Source of the DNA: Breznakia blatticola
GTDB taxonomy: Bacteria > Bacillota_I > Bacilli_A > Erysipelotrichales > Erysipelotrichaceae
DNA length: 32,000 bases
Direction of reading: 5' to 3'
Assembly: GCF_004365815.1 (NCBI RefSeq)
Contig: NZ_SODD01000023.1
Coordinates: forward strand, 3,022 to 35,021
The notes below the pieces were generated by a model that had not been told where the DNA came from, ran no database searches, and saw only the letters and a list, made by a program, of their open reading frames with translations. Shown in pieces: positions 7,483 through 15,406 of the stretch (positions within the stretch are counted from its first letter, which is position 1; each line of letters begins with the position of its first letter). The translations under genes were made by a program, and so were the position numbers.

Positions 7483-8748
7483 CTATATTAATAATGACGC
7501 ATTTGCTTGCGTAATGTATGCGTCTAATGCATCATACAATGCTTTTGGTGCAACCCCTTGCACTATCATTTCATTATCGTGTATTTCAACTTGTATACTT
7601 TTTGGTAGTTTCTCTATTTCGTTTTTTCGAATCAACATTTCTTCTTCTAATGTGATATATAATTTCTCTTCCAAAATGTGAAGTGTAATAATATTTTCTA
7701 TTCCACCTACAACATGGATAAACTGTGCAACTTGCTTTTCATCAAGTTGTATACGTTGTCCTTTATGAATCAAATCATCAATATGATTTCTAGCAAGATA
7801 GAAGCTTATCACACACAAGAAACTTCCACCGATAAGCATGCTTACCATATTTGGTTGACTGATGATTTCCCATATCCATAATATACTTTGCAACACATAA
7901 AACAGTAACATATATAACGGATTAAACGTAAATAGTAGAAATTGAAACACCAATGGATCACCTTGAATCATGGCACCAATTCCAACAAGTAAAAATACAA
8001 GTCTCCATTCTTTTAAGGCTGCTTTATGTTTACTATTATACAAAAGTATAAGTACTAGTGGAATCACGATCTGCATCAAAATTGTTTGGTTTGTAAAGAA
8101 GATGGCATGTTCTTGCAATAATTCTAGAGATGAGATCCCAATAAATGACAACAAGACCTGTAACCACATATATACTATAGGACCTATAGTTTCTATATTT
8201 CGTACTTGCAACAGCCATGCAACTGCTCGATACATAAACGGCCAAATAATGATAAGTAATGAACCGATAATTATCATTACAAGTCCGGTAATGATTGGTA
8301 CCAAGCGTTTTCCTGAAAAGAATGCTAACCCGCTTGGTAGTTGGACATTATAAAATCGATTATATATACTTGCTCCAAGTAATCCACACATAATTCCCAT
8401 GCATCCATTTTGAATACTTGTATAATCAAATTGAAGTACAAATGAACAACCTTCCAATGCTTTAGCAAGTGTTTCATTGGATGCAATATGAATCAGTACT
8501 ACATAACCAATCATTCCACTTAATACACTTGTACCATCTTTTCGTTTTGCAAAGAACATCGCAAAACTAGCCGCATATAACAATGGCAAATATTGTATAT
8601 ATGCACGATAGGTTTCCATAAACATTCTACCTACATGAAATGAAAATGATGTATTTATAAAATCACCAAAGACATAAAGACCATACAAAATTGGAACAAA
8701 AAGGGTTGGATACAACAAACTTTTTGTATATTTTTTTACAAATTCCAT
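7483..8748 (-). CDS. Divergent EIICB-like membrane protein lacking the catalytic signatures (see findings)
   Basis: It aligns by eye to glucose-family EIICB (LPSGLAFFSGKRLVPIITGL..IIWPF). However, GLHH is replaced by GISS, GITEPxEF by QGDPLVFQF, and the EIIB ACITRLR motif by ILEEKLY, so there is no Cys. A strong SD GGGAGGAG lies upstream. Confidence 0.7.
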   Translation of the reverse strand: MEFVKKYTKSLLYPTLFVPILYGLYVFGDFINTSFSFHVGRMFMETYRAYIQYLPLLYAASFAMFFAKRKDGTSVLSGMIGYVVLIHIASNETLAKALEGCSFVLQFDYTSIQNGCMGIMCGLLGASIYNRFYNVQLPSGLAFFSGKRLVPIITGLVMIIIGSLLIIIWPFMYRAVAWLLQVRNIETIGPIVYMWLQVLLSFIGISSLELLQEHAIFFTNQTILMQIVIPLVLILLYNSKHKAALKEWRLVFLLVGIGAMIQGDPLVFQFLLFTFNPLYMLLFYVLQSILWIWEIISQPNMVSMLIGGSFLCVISFYLARNHIDDLIHKGQRIQLDEKQVAQFIHVVGGIENIITLHILEEKLYITLEEEMLIRKNEIEKLPKSIQVEIHDNEMIVQGVAPKALYDALDAYITQANASLLI

Positions 8749-8778
8749 GTTTACTCCTCCCTTTTTACTACACTCTAT

Positions 8779-8787
8779 AGTATAGCA
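8779..8787 (-). promoter_or_regulatory. Candidate extended -10 promoter (TGCTATACT) for the EIICB-like operon
   Basis: The TGnTATACT motif lies about 30 nt upstream of the ATG. No good -35 was found. Confidence 0.3.
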
Positions 8788-8803
8788 AGAAATACGATAA
8801 ATC

Positions 8804-8832
8804 TTGACATTTTTTTTGGAATCAACTACGCT
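8804..8832 (+). promoter_or_regulatory. Candidate promoter TTGACA-17 nt-TACGCT for the divergent EIIA gene
   Basis: A perfect -35 at 8804-8809, a 17-nt spacer that begins with a T8 run, and a weak -10 TACGCT at 8827-8832. Confidence 0.35.
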
Positions 8833-8857
8833 TATTTAAGAATTAGAGGTATATATT

Positions 8858-9340
8858 ATGTTTCATTTGTTAGGAAGAAAAAACAAACGAGTTCGCGTAT
8901 ATGCTCCAATTCAAGGTAGTATTGTTTCTTTAGATGAAATTATTGACCCTGTATTTTCACAACGTCTAGTTGGCGAAGGAGTTGCCATCAAATCAAATTC
9001 TGGCACCATTTATGCACCAGTAGATGGAACAATTCAATGGGCAATCCGTTCGAAACATGCCATTTCCATTCAAACAAAACACAATGCAGTCATTTTAATT
9101 CATATTGGCTTACAAACCGATTCATCAAAAAGTGAATCCTATACACCGCTTGTTCCCAACGGAACAAACGTAAAAGCTGGTGATGAAATATTACACTTCT
9201 CACCTAATGAATATGAAGGACAAAACAACCATGTGATGATTCCGGTTATCTTACTAGATTCTCAGTTTTATCAAATGAGTAAAGTGAAAACAAGTGGATC
9301 TGCAGTACAAAAGAAAACAATACTTTTTGAATTTAAATAG
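8858..9340 (+). CDS. PTS EIIA component, glucose family (stand-alone, second copy)
   Basis: The motif SKHAISIQTKHNAVILIHIGLQTD retains both His positions. SD AGAGG lies upstream. This is the only credible plus-strand gene. Confidence 0.85.
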   Translation: MFHLLGRKNKRVRVYAPIQGSIVSLDEIIDPVFSQRLVGEGVAIKSNSGTIYAPVDGTIQWAIRSKHAISIQTKHNAVILIHIGLQTDSSKSESYTPLVPNGTNVKAGDEILHFSPNEYEGQNNHVMIPVILLDSQFYQMSKVKTSGSAVQKKTILFEFK

Positions 9341-9349
9341 ATAAGGTTA

Positions 9350-9380
9350 GATTGTTACCAAGAAATTGAGCAAAACTGAC
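9350..9380 (+). promoter_or_regulatory. RAT-like element located 3-prime of the EIIA gene
   Basis: GATTGTTACCAAGAAATTGAGCAAAACTGAC compares well with the RAT consensus GGATTGTTACTGC-N4-GCAGGCAAAACCTGAC. The internal stem is CAA/TTG. Confidence 0.7.
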
Positions 9381-9423
9381 GTAATCACCTACAGGTGTTT
9401 TTACGCATGTTTTGCTTTTTTTT
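9369..9423 (+). terminator. Rho-independent terminator overlapping the RAT 3-prime half
   Basis: AGCAAAAC-TG-ACGTAA...TTACG-CAT-GTTTTGCT with an inner CACCT/AGGTG stem, followed by T8. Confidence 0.75.
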
Positions 9424-9477
9424 ACGCGAACTTGTTACGAAAAAGAATTCACAGAGACATGCATTCTTTTTTTGTAG

Positions 9478-10635
9478 TTATACTTTTTCTTGTGTATGCA
9501 TTCCATAGAAATATGTCATGAAACCAAGTAATGAAAAAACAAATGATATTCCCAATAAAGTAACTATATTTGTTTGTTGAACAAGCCAACCACTCAAAAT
9601 ACTTCCAAGTCCTCCTGCAATTCCTAAATAGCATATTCCAATTAACGTTTGTGCACGAACTGCATATTTTGCTGGTAAAAGATATCGAACGAATTGAACA
9701 TTACCCGCCCAAAACAGGCCTGCACCTAACATTTGAAAAACTTGTGCTACATGTAAATACAACACATCACTAGCAAGCCATAAAATAAGAATTCGAATAC
9801 TTGAGAAAAAGAAGGAAATAAGCATTAGTCGCGTAATACCTACACGCTTTAGTATACGTGAAAAAAGTAAAGCTGCAGGCAGTTCAACAAATGCCATTAT
9901 TGATATTCCTAACCCATAATCACTAGTTTGTCCACCAACTACACTATATGCATCGACCAAAAAATTTCCTGACATCTCTTTTCCAATAAATGATAGTGTT
10001 GTTGCGATTAAGAAGAAAAGTAAAATTGGATATTCTTTGATAATTTGTTTATTTTTAATGGATGCATCATCCGCTGCAGGAGCAACTTGATAAATTGGTT
10101 CTATAATCAATACCAGTATGATAAGAACCATCATCAATATGAGTTGCGCTCCTAACAGTAATGGTAACGAACTAACAAGACCAAATACATATGCACCAAT
10201 TGAAAAACTTAATGATCCAAGCCCTCTAGCAAACGGATATTGGATTTGTTTTCCTTCATGTGCGTAAAGTACATACATTGCATCGATAAAGCTTGAAATA
10301 CCAAAAGTGAAAACACCATATCCAATAAATACAAGCAACATGATCATCCATGATGGATCCAACATTTGAATGAGTGTTAGTAATATACTGCAACCCAATA
10401 GTAAGATGATGAGTTGGTTGAGTGATACGTTCTTTCGCTTTACTTCTAAAATGCGGACAACCAATGGTTGGAAAACCACATTACTTAATGCTCGTACACC
10501 TAAAAGTATTCCAATATGCATACTTTGGAAGCCTTGTGCTTGCAATATTGGCACAATAAAAGCAGTTGTACAAAGATTTACTAGCCAATATACTGTTTGG
10601 ATTGCATAATACTTTATTTGTAATGAATGTTTCAT
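9478..10635 (-). CDS. MFS transporter (12-TM type, substrate unknown)
   Basis: Hydrophobic throughout with MFS-like periodicity. I set the start at the ATG at 10635 (GAAAGG SD); the track begins one codon earlier at TTG. Confidence 0.8.
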   Translation of the reverse strand: MKHSLQIKYYAIQTVYWLVNLCTTAFIVPILQAQGFQSMHIGILLGVRALSNVVFQPLVVRILEVKRKNVSLNQLIILLLGCSILLTLIQMLDPSWMIMLLVFIGYGVFTFGISSFIDAMYVLYAHEGKQIQYPFARGLGSLSFSIGAYVFGLVSSLPLLLGAQLILMMVLIILVLIIEPIYQVAPAADDASIKNKQIIKEYPILLFFLIATTLSFIGKEMSGNFLVDAYSVVGGQTSDYGLGISIMAFVELPAALLFSRILKRVGITRLMLISFFFSSIRILILWLASDVLYLHVAQVFQMLGAGLFWAGNVQFVRYLLPAKYAVRAQTLIGICYLGIAGGLGSILSGWLVQQTNIVTLLGISFVFSLLGFMTYFYGMHTQEKV

Positions 10636-10713
10636 CAAATATATACCTTTCTATAGCCGTATCTATTCTACTTGGTTTGTAGCGATGAAGCAATATGTAG
10701 ATCAAATATTTGC

Positions 10714-11043
10714 TTATGCAATATCGCGAAAGTCATAGGTAAAAGCTAACTTTCCACTTATATAGAACGAAGCTCTAACTTGAATTAAACAAAACGTAGT
10801 TTTTGTATCATCTATATATTGCAGTTTTCCATGCATGGTTAGTTCATTATGATTATATATAGCATGGACATGCACATCATCTTCATTGGAAAACTTTTCA
10901 ATATCTTCTTTACAGTCATATGCAAAGTATATACCTTGATTATTGATTTCAACTTCATGTATCTGCAATGAATGGAAATCATTTGTTACGCTACATGAAG
11001 TTGCAAGTTTTAGATGCATTTTCACCTTATCTAATCGTTTCAT
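10714..11043 (-). CDS. Hypothetical protein (109 aa)
   Basis: I set the start at MKRLDKV, preceded by SD AAGAGGAAAG. The track starts earlier at a TTG. No motif was recognised. Confidence 0.5.
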   Translation of the reverse strand: MKRLDKVKMHLKLATSCSVTNDFHSLQIHEVEINNQGIYFAYDCKEDIEKFSNEDDVHVHAIYNHNELTMHGKLQYIDDTKTTFCLIQVRASFYISGKLAFTYDFRDIA

Positions 11044-11152
11044 TTTCTTTCCTCTTTTCGTTGTCAATCAACATACATAATACTTTAGTTATTGATTTGA
11101 TTCGATATACACAGTATATCATGTGTTTCTATTTTTCTCTTTTGTGCATTAT

Positions 11153-11181
11153 GAAAAAACAGTGTTCATTTATACACTGTT
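11153..11181 (-). terminator. Rho-independent terminator after the ABC ATPase gene
   Basis: AACAGTGT-ATAAATGA-ACACTGTT followed by TTTTTTC, 5 nt after the stop codon. Confidence 0.7.
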
Positions 11182-11185
11182 ATAT

Positions 11186-11986
11186 TTACGTATTTGTAAA
11201 GTAGTTTCCTTTTGGCACAATCATTGGTGTTTTTGCGACTGGATCTTCAATAATCATACAATCCAGGCCAAATACATGTTGAATTGTATCCTCAGTAACT
11301 ATTTCTTTTGGTGTCCCATGTGCGACAATTTCTCCATCTTTAACAGCTATCATATAATCTGCATATCGAGCTGATAAATTGATATCATGTAACACCATAA
11401 CAATCGTTGTTTTATGCGTTTCATTTAGTCGTTTCAATAACTCAAGTATATCTAATTGATATGTGATATCTAAATATGTTGTTGGTTCATCAAGAAATAG
11501 AATATCCGTATCTTGTGCAAGTGCCATTGCTATCCAGACACGTTGCCGTTGTCCTCCTGATAGTTCATCGATACTTCGATCTGCTAATTCTGCGATTCCC
11601 ATCATATCTAAAGCATCTGCAACCGCTTTAGTGTCTTCATCGCTCATACCACCCATAAACTTTTGATATGGAAAACGTCCACGTGCAACTAAATCAGAAA
11701 CACTAATTCCTTCTGGTGCAATTGGACTTTGCGGTAACAAACCTAGTATTTGTGCAAGTTCTTTTGTAGGTATGGTATGTATATCTTTTCCATCAAGTTT
11801 TATTTCACCTTGACTTACTGGAAGTAATCGGGCAAACGTCTTTAATAAGGTCGACTTTCCACTTGCATTACTTCCGATGATCACAGTGATCTTTCCATCA
11901 GGAATGTCTACACTTACATCATCCAAAATCATCTTTTTATCATATCCAGCAACGATATGATTTGCTTGTAATGTATGTTGTTTCAT
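11186..11986 (-). CDS. Iron-siderophore-type ABC transporter ATP-binding protein (FepC/FhuC/FecE family)
   Basis: Walker A GSNASGKST, signature LSGGQRQR and Walker B ILFLDEPT. There is a 4-nt overlap with the upstream permease gene. Confidence 0.9.
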   Translation of the reverse strand: MKQHTLQANHIVAGYDKKMILDDVSVDIPDGKITVIIGSNASGKSTLLKTFARLLPVSQGEIKLDGKDIHTIPTKELAQILGLLPQSPIAPEGISVSDLVARGRFPYQKFMGGMSDEDTKAVADALDMMGIAELADRSIDELSGGQRQRVWIAMALAQDTDILFLDEPTTYLDITYQLDILELLKRLNETHKTTIVMVLHDINLSARYADYMIAVKDGEIVAHGTPKEIVTEDTIQHVFGLDCMIIEDPVAKTPMIVPKGNYFTNT

Positions 11987-13017
11987 AACGTTCCTTTCTT
12001 ACGACTTTTTCCAAAAAGTAGTAATAGTAAATAGGGAGCTCCAATCACTCCAGTGATTACCCCAACTGGAAATCTTGTACTAAAAGCAAATTGTCCAAGT
12101 AAATCAGCTGCTAATACTAAAATTACGCCAACGAGTCCAGAAGCAAATGCATATGATCGCCCTGCTCCAACTAGGCGTAATGCAATCGGTCCTGCTAAAA
12201 AGGAGACAAAGGCTATAGGTCCACCAACACTTGTCGCAAAGGCTATTAAACAAACCGCACTTACAATTAATACAATACGTGATATACGCAAATTTACACC
12301 AAGTACAGCGGCTAAATCTTCACCCAATTCCAGGATGTTTAAATTTCTCTCACTTAATAAAATGATAAGTGTGAAGACAATCACAACAATAGCCAGCAAT
12401 GGAATACTTTTCATTTGAATTCCATTCAAACTTCCACTGAGCCAACGCATTGCTCCTGTAACTTCATATTGGTTAGCACGTACCATCATATAGGATATTA
12501 CCGCTTGTATTGCACTTTGCATTCCAATTCCGATAAGTACAAATCGTGAAGTTGAAAAATGACCAATATTGGAAAGTGCATAAATAAGCAATGCACATAA
12601 TAGACCGACAATACATGCAATAAAGGATACCATAAAGCCGCTAAGTCCAAGTATAAGAATACAGAATACTGCAGCCATACTTGTCCCAGCACTAACTCCT
12701 ACAATATCGGGACTTGCTAGTGTATTACGTAGCATCTTTTGAAAAACGCTACCTGCTAAACCTAAAGCAAAACCAGTAAATGCACCTGCTAGCATTCGTG
12801 GTAAACGGATCGTAGAGATTGCAAAACTAGCTCCTTGTATTTGTTTTCCTGATAGCACTTCAAATATAGTTGCCAATGAATAGTTTGTATTTCCTAGCAT
12901 TAACATCAATAACATCAACACAATAGCGATAAGCACCAAAGATATAGTTGCAAGTATTGCGCGTCTTTTACGTCGTGCATATCCAGCACGAACCTTGTTC
13001 TCTGTATAATTACTCAT
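11983..13017 (-). CDS. FecCD-family ABC permease
   Basis: A polytopic protein with typical FecCD/BtuC-like sequence (LAGAFTGFALGLAGSVFQ, GVITGVIGAPYLLLLL). Operon context supports the call. Confidence 0.9.
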   Translation of the reverse strand: MSNYTENKVRAGYARRKRRAILATISLVLIAIVLMLLMLMLGNTNYSLATIFEVLSGKQIQGASFAISTIRLPRMLAGAFTGFALGLAGSVFQKMLRNTLASPDIVGVSAGTSMAAVFCILILGLSGFMVSFIACIVGLLCALLIYALSNIGHFSTSRFVLIGIGMQSAIQAVISYMMVRANQYEVTGAMRWLSGSLNGIQMKSIPLLAIVVIVFTLIILLSERNLNILELGEDLAAVLGVNLRISRIVLIVSAVCLIAFATSVGGPIAFVSFLAGPIALRLVGAGRSYAFASGLVGVILVLAADLLGQFAFSTRFPVGVITGVIGAPYLLLLLFGKSRKKGTL

Positions 13018-14012
13018 AATGATTTCACCTTCGATTTAATCACCACATAAATAAAGACTGGTGCTCCAATAAGTGCTGTAAGTATACCTACTTCAACTTC
13101 TGCTGGTTGAGCAATAAGTCGACCTAAAGTATCTGCAACACATAATAAAGCGGCTCCTGTAACTATCGATAAAGGGATTAGCACCTTTATATTGTTTTTA
13201 AACAATAATCGTAGTACATGCGGAACCATTAACCCAACAAAAGCAATGGGTCCTGCTAATGCTGTAATTGATCCAGCAAGTATAACTGAGGATAGTACAG
13301 TTAAAAACCGTATCTTTTTGACTTTTACACCAAGTCCAGTAGCCATTTCATCACCTAGTGCAAGTGCATTTAATGATGGAGCAACGTATACTGCCAAAGC
13401 AAAACCAAGTAATAAAAACGGTAATAGCATCAAAATGTTATCCCAACTCACTCCAACGACACTTCCAACTTGCCAGTGACGAAAATTTGTTAAGGATTGT
13501 GCCTGTGGGAGTACCAACATATTAATTAATGAAGCAATTGCTCCATTACTAACCGCACCAGCGAGTGCAAGTTTCATAGGTGTTGCACCTTCTCTTCCTA
13601 CTGAGGCAATCGTGTAAACAAATGCTGTAGTAATAGCTGCTCCAATAATTGCAAAGATAATAAACTGCTGTGCACTTGAAATATGAAAAAACGTAATTCC
13701 TGCAACGACAGCTAGTGCTGCTCCACTGTTGACTCCAAGTATACTTGGATCAGCAACTGGATTACGTGTGAGTGATTGCATCAATAAACCAGATACTGCT
13801 AGTGCTGCTCCAGCAAGCAAAGCAAAGATCGTTCTTATCATTCGTTGTTGAATAATCGCACCATTGAAACTATCCGTTGAAGCGTTAAGGACATGATGAA
13901 GAACATCCCGTATTGGAATGTTCTTTGAACCTAGTGCCAGTGATAACATCACACTAATACATAGTGCTATAAGTATCACAATTGTATAAACATATACGCT
14001 TCTTTTTTTCAT
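13014..14012 (-). CDS. FecCD-family ABC permease
   Basis: It is a paralog of the adjacent permease (LAGAALAVSGLLMQ, GILTALIGAPVFIYVV). Confidence 0.9.
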   Translation of the reverse strand: MKKRSVYVYTIVILIALCISVMLSLALGSKNIPIRDVLHHVLNASTDSFNGAIIQQRMIRTIFALLAGAALAVSGLLMQSLTRNPVADPSILGVNSGAALAVVAGITFFHISSAQQFIIFAIIGAAITTAFVYTIASVGREGATPMKLALAGAVSNGAIASLINMLVLPQAQSLTNFRHWQVGSVVGVSWDNILMLLPFLLLGFALAVYVAPSLNALALGDEMATGLGVKVKKIRFLTVLSSVILAGSITALAGPIAFVGLMVPHVLRLLFKNNIKVLIPLSIVTGAALLCVADTLGRLIAQPAEVEVGILTALIGAPVFIYVVIKSKVKSL

Positions 14013-14015
14013 TTC

Positions 14016-15026
14016 TTACTTCACTTTCGCTGCGGCTTTTCCAAGTAGTTTTACATAATCTTTCATCGCATATGGAATCGATAAAGCAGTAGGTGTAGTA
14101 TTTGCTGTTGCAAAATCTGTTGTATCATCAAGTACAACTACTGCACCATTAGCAATTGCAGGTATTTTTGATAATAGTGTATCTTTTTGCAAGACATCTA
14201 AGATATCTTTATCACCATAAATAACTAGAATATCTGCATCATTTAAAATTTCTGCTTGTTCTGCACTTACTGTTGCATAGAATACATCACTATCATCAGT
14301 AATACTTTTAACTGCTTTTGGTAATGATAAACCAAAATCTTGTAAGTAACTTGCTCTTGTTTCACCTGTTCCATAAACGAAGAAACTTGATGTATCTTCT
14401 GGATTAAACCAAGTAAATACAGCACTTTTTCCTTCGAATTCCGGATACTTTTCAACTTCACTTGCCATTTGTTTTTCTAAATCATTTACAAGTGCTTTTC
14501 CTTCTTTTTCTAGACCTAACCCTTTTGCATCTTGTAGAATTTGACTTTGCCATGTAATCATCCATGGTGTTTTCTCATATGCAATCGTTGGGGCAATTTG
14601 ACTCAATAGTTCATAATCTTCTTTCGAAAAACCTGCATATGCTGCTAGAATTACATCCGGTTTTGCATCTGCAATGGCTTCAAAATCAAGTCCATCTCCA
14701 TCATTGAATATAATTGGTTCTACTCCCAATGTATCATAAGCTTCTTGTGTCCAAGGACGCATTTTTTGATCATCATGCAGTCCATAAGCTGGTGCTGACA
14801 TCGCTACAGGAGCTACACCTAATGCCAAAGCAACATCTTGGTTCTCCCATTGAATACTTACGACACGCTCAGGTTTCTTTTCAATTGTAGTTTCACCAAA
14901 TGCATGTTTGATAACTACAGGCCATGAACCATCACTACTTCCTGTTTCTTTATCACTACTACTTGTATTTGTACAACCTGCAACAACAAATAACATTGCT
15001 ATAACTGTAATTAGTATTTTTTTCAT
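14016..15026 (-). CDS. Siderophore/iron-complex ABC substrate-binding lipoprotein
   Basis: Lipobox LFVVAGC after MKKILITVIAM, and a periplasmic-binding-protein class 8 pattern (ERVVSIQWENQDVALALGVAPVA). I moved the start to the second ATG at 15026 (GGAAAGG SD). Confidence 0.85.
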   Translation of the reverse strand: MKKILITVIAMLFVVAGCTNTSSSDKETGSSDGSWPVVIKHAFGETTIEKKPERVVSIQWENQDVALALGVAPVAMSAPAYGLHDDQKMRPWTQEAYDTLGVEPIIFNDGDGLDFEAIADAKPDVILAAYAGFSKEDYELLSQIAPTIAYEKTPWMITWQSQILQDAKGLGLEKEGKALVNDLEKQMASEVEKYPEFEGKSAVFTWFNPEDTSSFFVYGTGETRASYLQDFGLSLPKAVKSITDDSDVFYATVSAEQAEILNDADILVIYGDKDILDVLQKDTLLSKIPAIANGAVVVLDDTTDFATANTTPTALSIPYAMKDYVKLLGKAAAKVK

Positions 15027-15055
15027 TCTCCATACCTTTCCTTCCACCGATAATT

Positions 15056-15071
15056 GTTAGTCTTGTCTAAC
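15056..15071. promoter_or_regulatory. Candidate operator: imperfect inverted repeat GTTAGTC-TT-GTCTAAC just downstream of the -10
   Basis: The half-sites match 6/7. The wider sequence TTAGTCTTGTCTAACCT matches about 13/19 positions of the DtxR/IdeR-type box TTAGGTTAGCCTAACCTAA. Its position between the -10 and the SD of an iron-uptake operon fits a repressor site. Confidence 0.3.
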
Positions 15072-15079
15072 CTCTATCA

Positions 15080-15108
15080 AATGTATCATTTACCTTCTAA
15101 ACAGTCAA
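15080..15108 (-). promoter_or_regulatory. Candidate sigma-A promoter TTGACT-17 nt-TACATT of the iron ABC operon
   Basis: The -35 lies at 15103-15108 and the -10 at 15080-15085, with an exact 17-nt spacer. Confidence 0.5.
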
Positions 15109-15250
15109 GTGAAATGTTTACTTGGCATGTACTGTAAAAAATAAAGAAAATATCTCTCATTTTTTGTGCAACATTTTCATTCATTGGATTGTAAAATTGA
15201 CGGGATCAACAATAAACCCATCATATCTTACTATTAATATTTACTATTCT

Positions 15251-15270
15251 ATTAGTTTAAATAAACTAAT
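15251..15270. promoter_or_regulatory. 20-bp near-perfect palindrome ATTAGTTTAA/ATAAACTAAT
   Basis: The arms are 9+9 bp. The half-site TTAGTTTAA matches 7/9 positions of the DtxR-box half-site TTAGGTTAG. It lies about 145 nt upstream of the predicted -35. Confidence 0.25.
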
Positions 15271-15366
15271 ATGAAAAATCATACCTTGTTTCCTGATTGT
15301 ATATGCTTTTTCCCTATTTCGAACGCAATTCGACAATGTCGAAAACATATGTATCATGGATAGAAA

Positions 15367-15397
15367 TTAAAAAAACACTACCCATATGAGTAATGTT
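15367..15397 (-). terminator. Rho-independent terminator after purC
   Basis: ACAUUAC-UCAUAUGG-GUAGUGU followed by U7. Confidence 0.7.
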
Positions 15398-15406
15398 TTC
15401 GTACAA

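Noticed and set aside
6821-8353. ORFs 6821-7018(+), 7678-7881(+), 7970-8353(+) and 8036-8245(-)
   Set aside because: These are shadow ORFs inside the antiterminator and EIICB-like genes. None has a plausible SD or domain.
8810-8817. T8 homopolymer inside the promoter spacer as a phase-variation switch
   Set aside because: Eight residues is shorter than tracts usually associated with high-frequency slippage, and the promoter call itself is weak. It is only worth checking if strain-to-strain length differences appear.
10714-11043. PilZ-domain assignment for the 109-aa protein
   Set aside because: The size is similar and the sequence looks beta-rich. However, the RxxxR and D/NxSxxG c-di-GMP-binding motifs are absent.
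9449-11374. ORFs 9449-9634(-), 9570-9773(+), 10370-10609(+), 10481-10705(-), 10968-11204(+) and 11123-11374(+)
   Set aside because: They overlap the MFS, the 109-aa gene or the ABC ATPase gene in other frames or strands, or span terminator and promoter DNA. They are AT-rich chance ORFs.
15051-15069. Fur box GATAATTGTTAGTCTTGTC upstream of the iron ABC operon
   Set aside because: It matches only 12/19 positions of GATAATGATAATCATTATC, and only the first hexamer matches well. The DtxR-like reading of the same DNA fits somewhat better.
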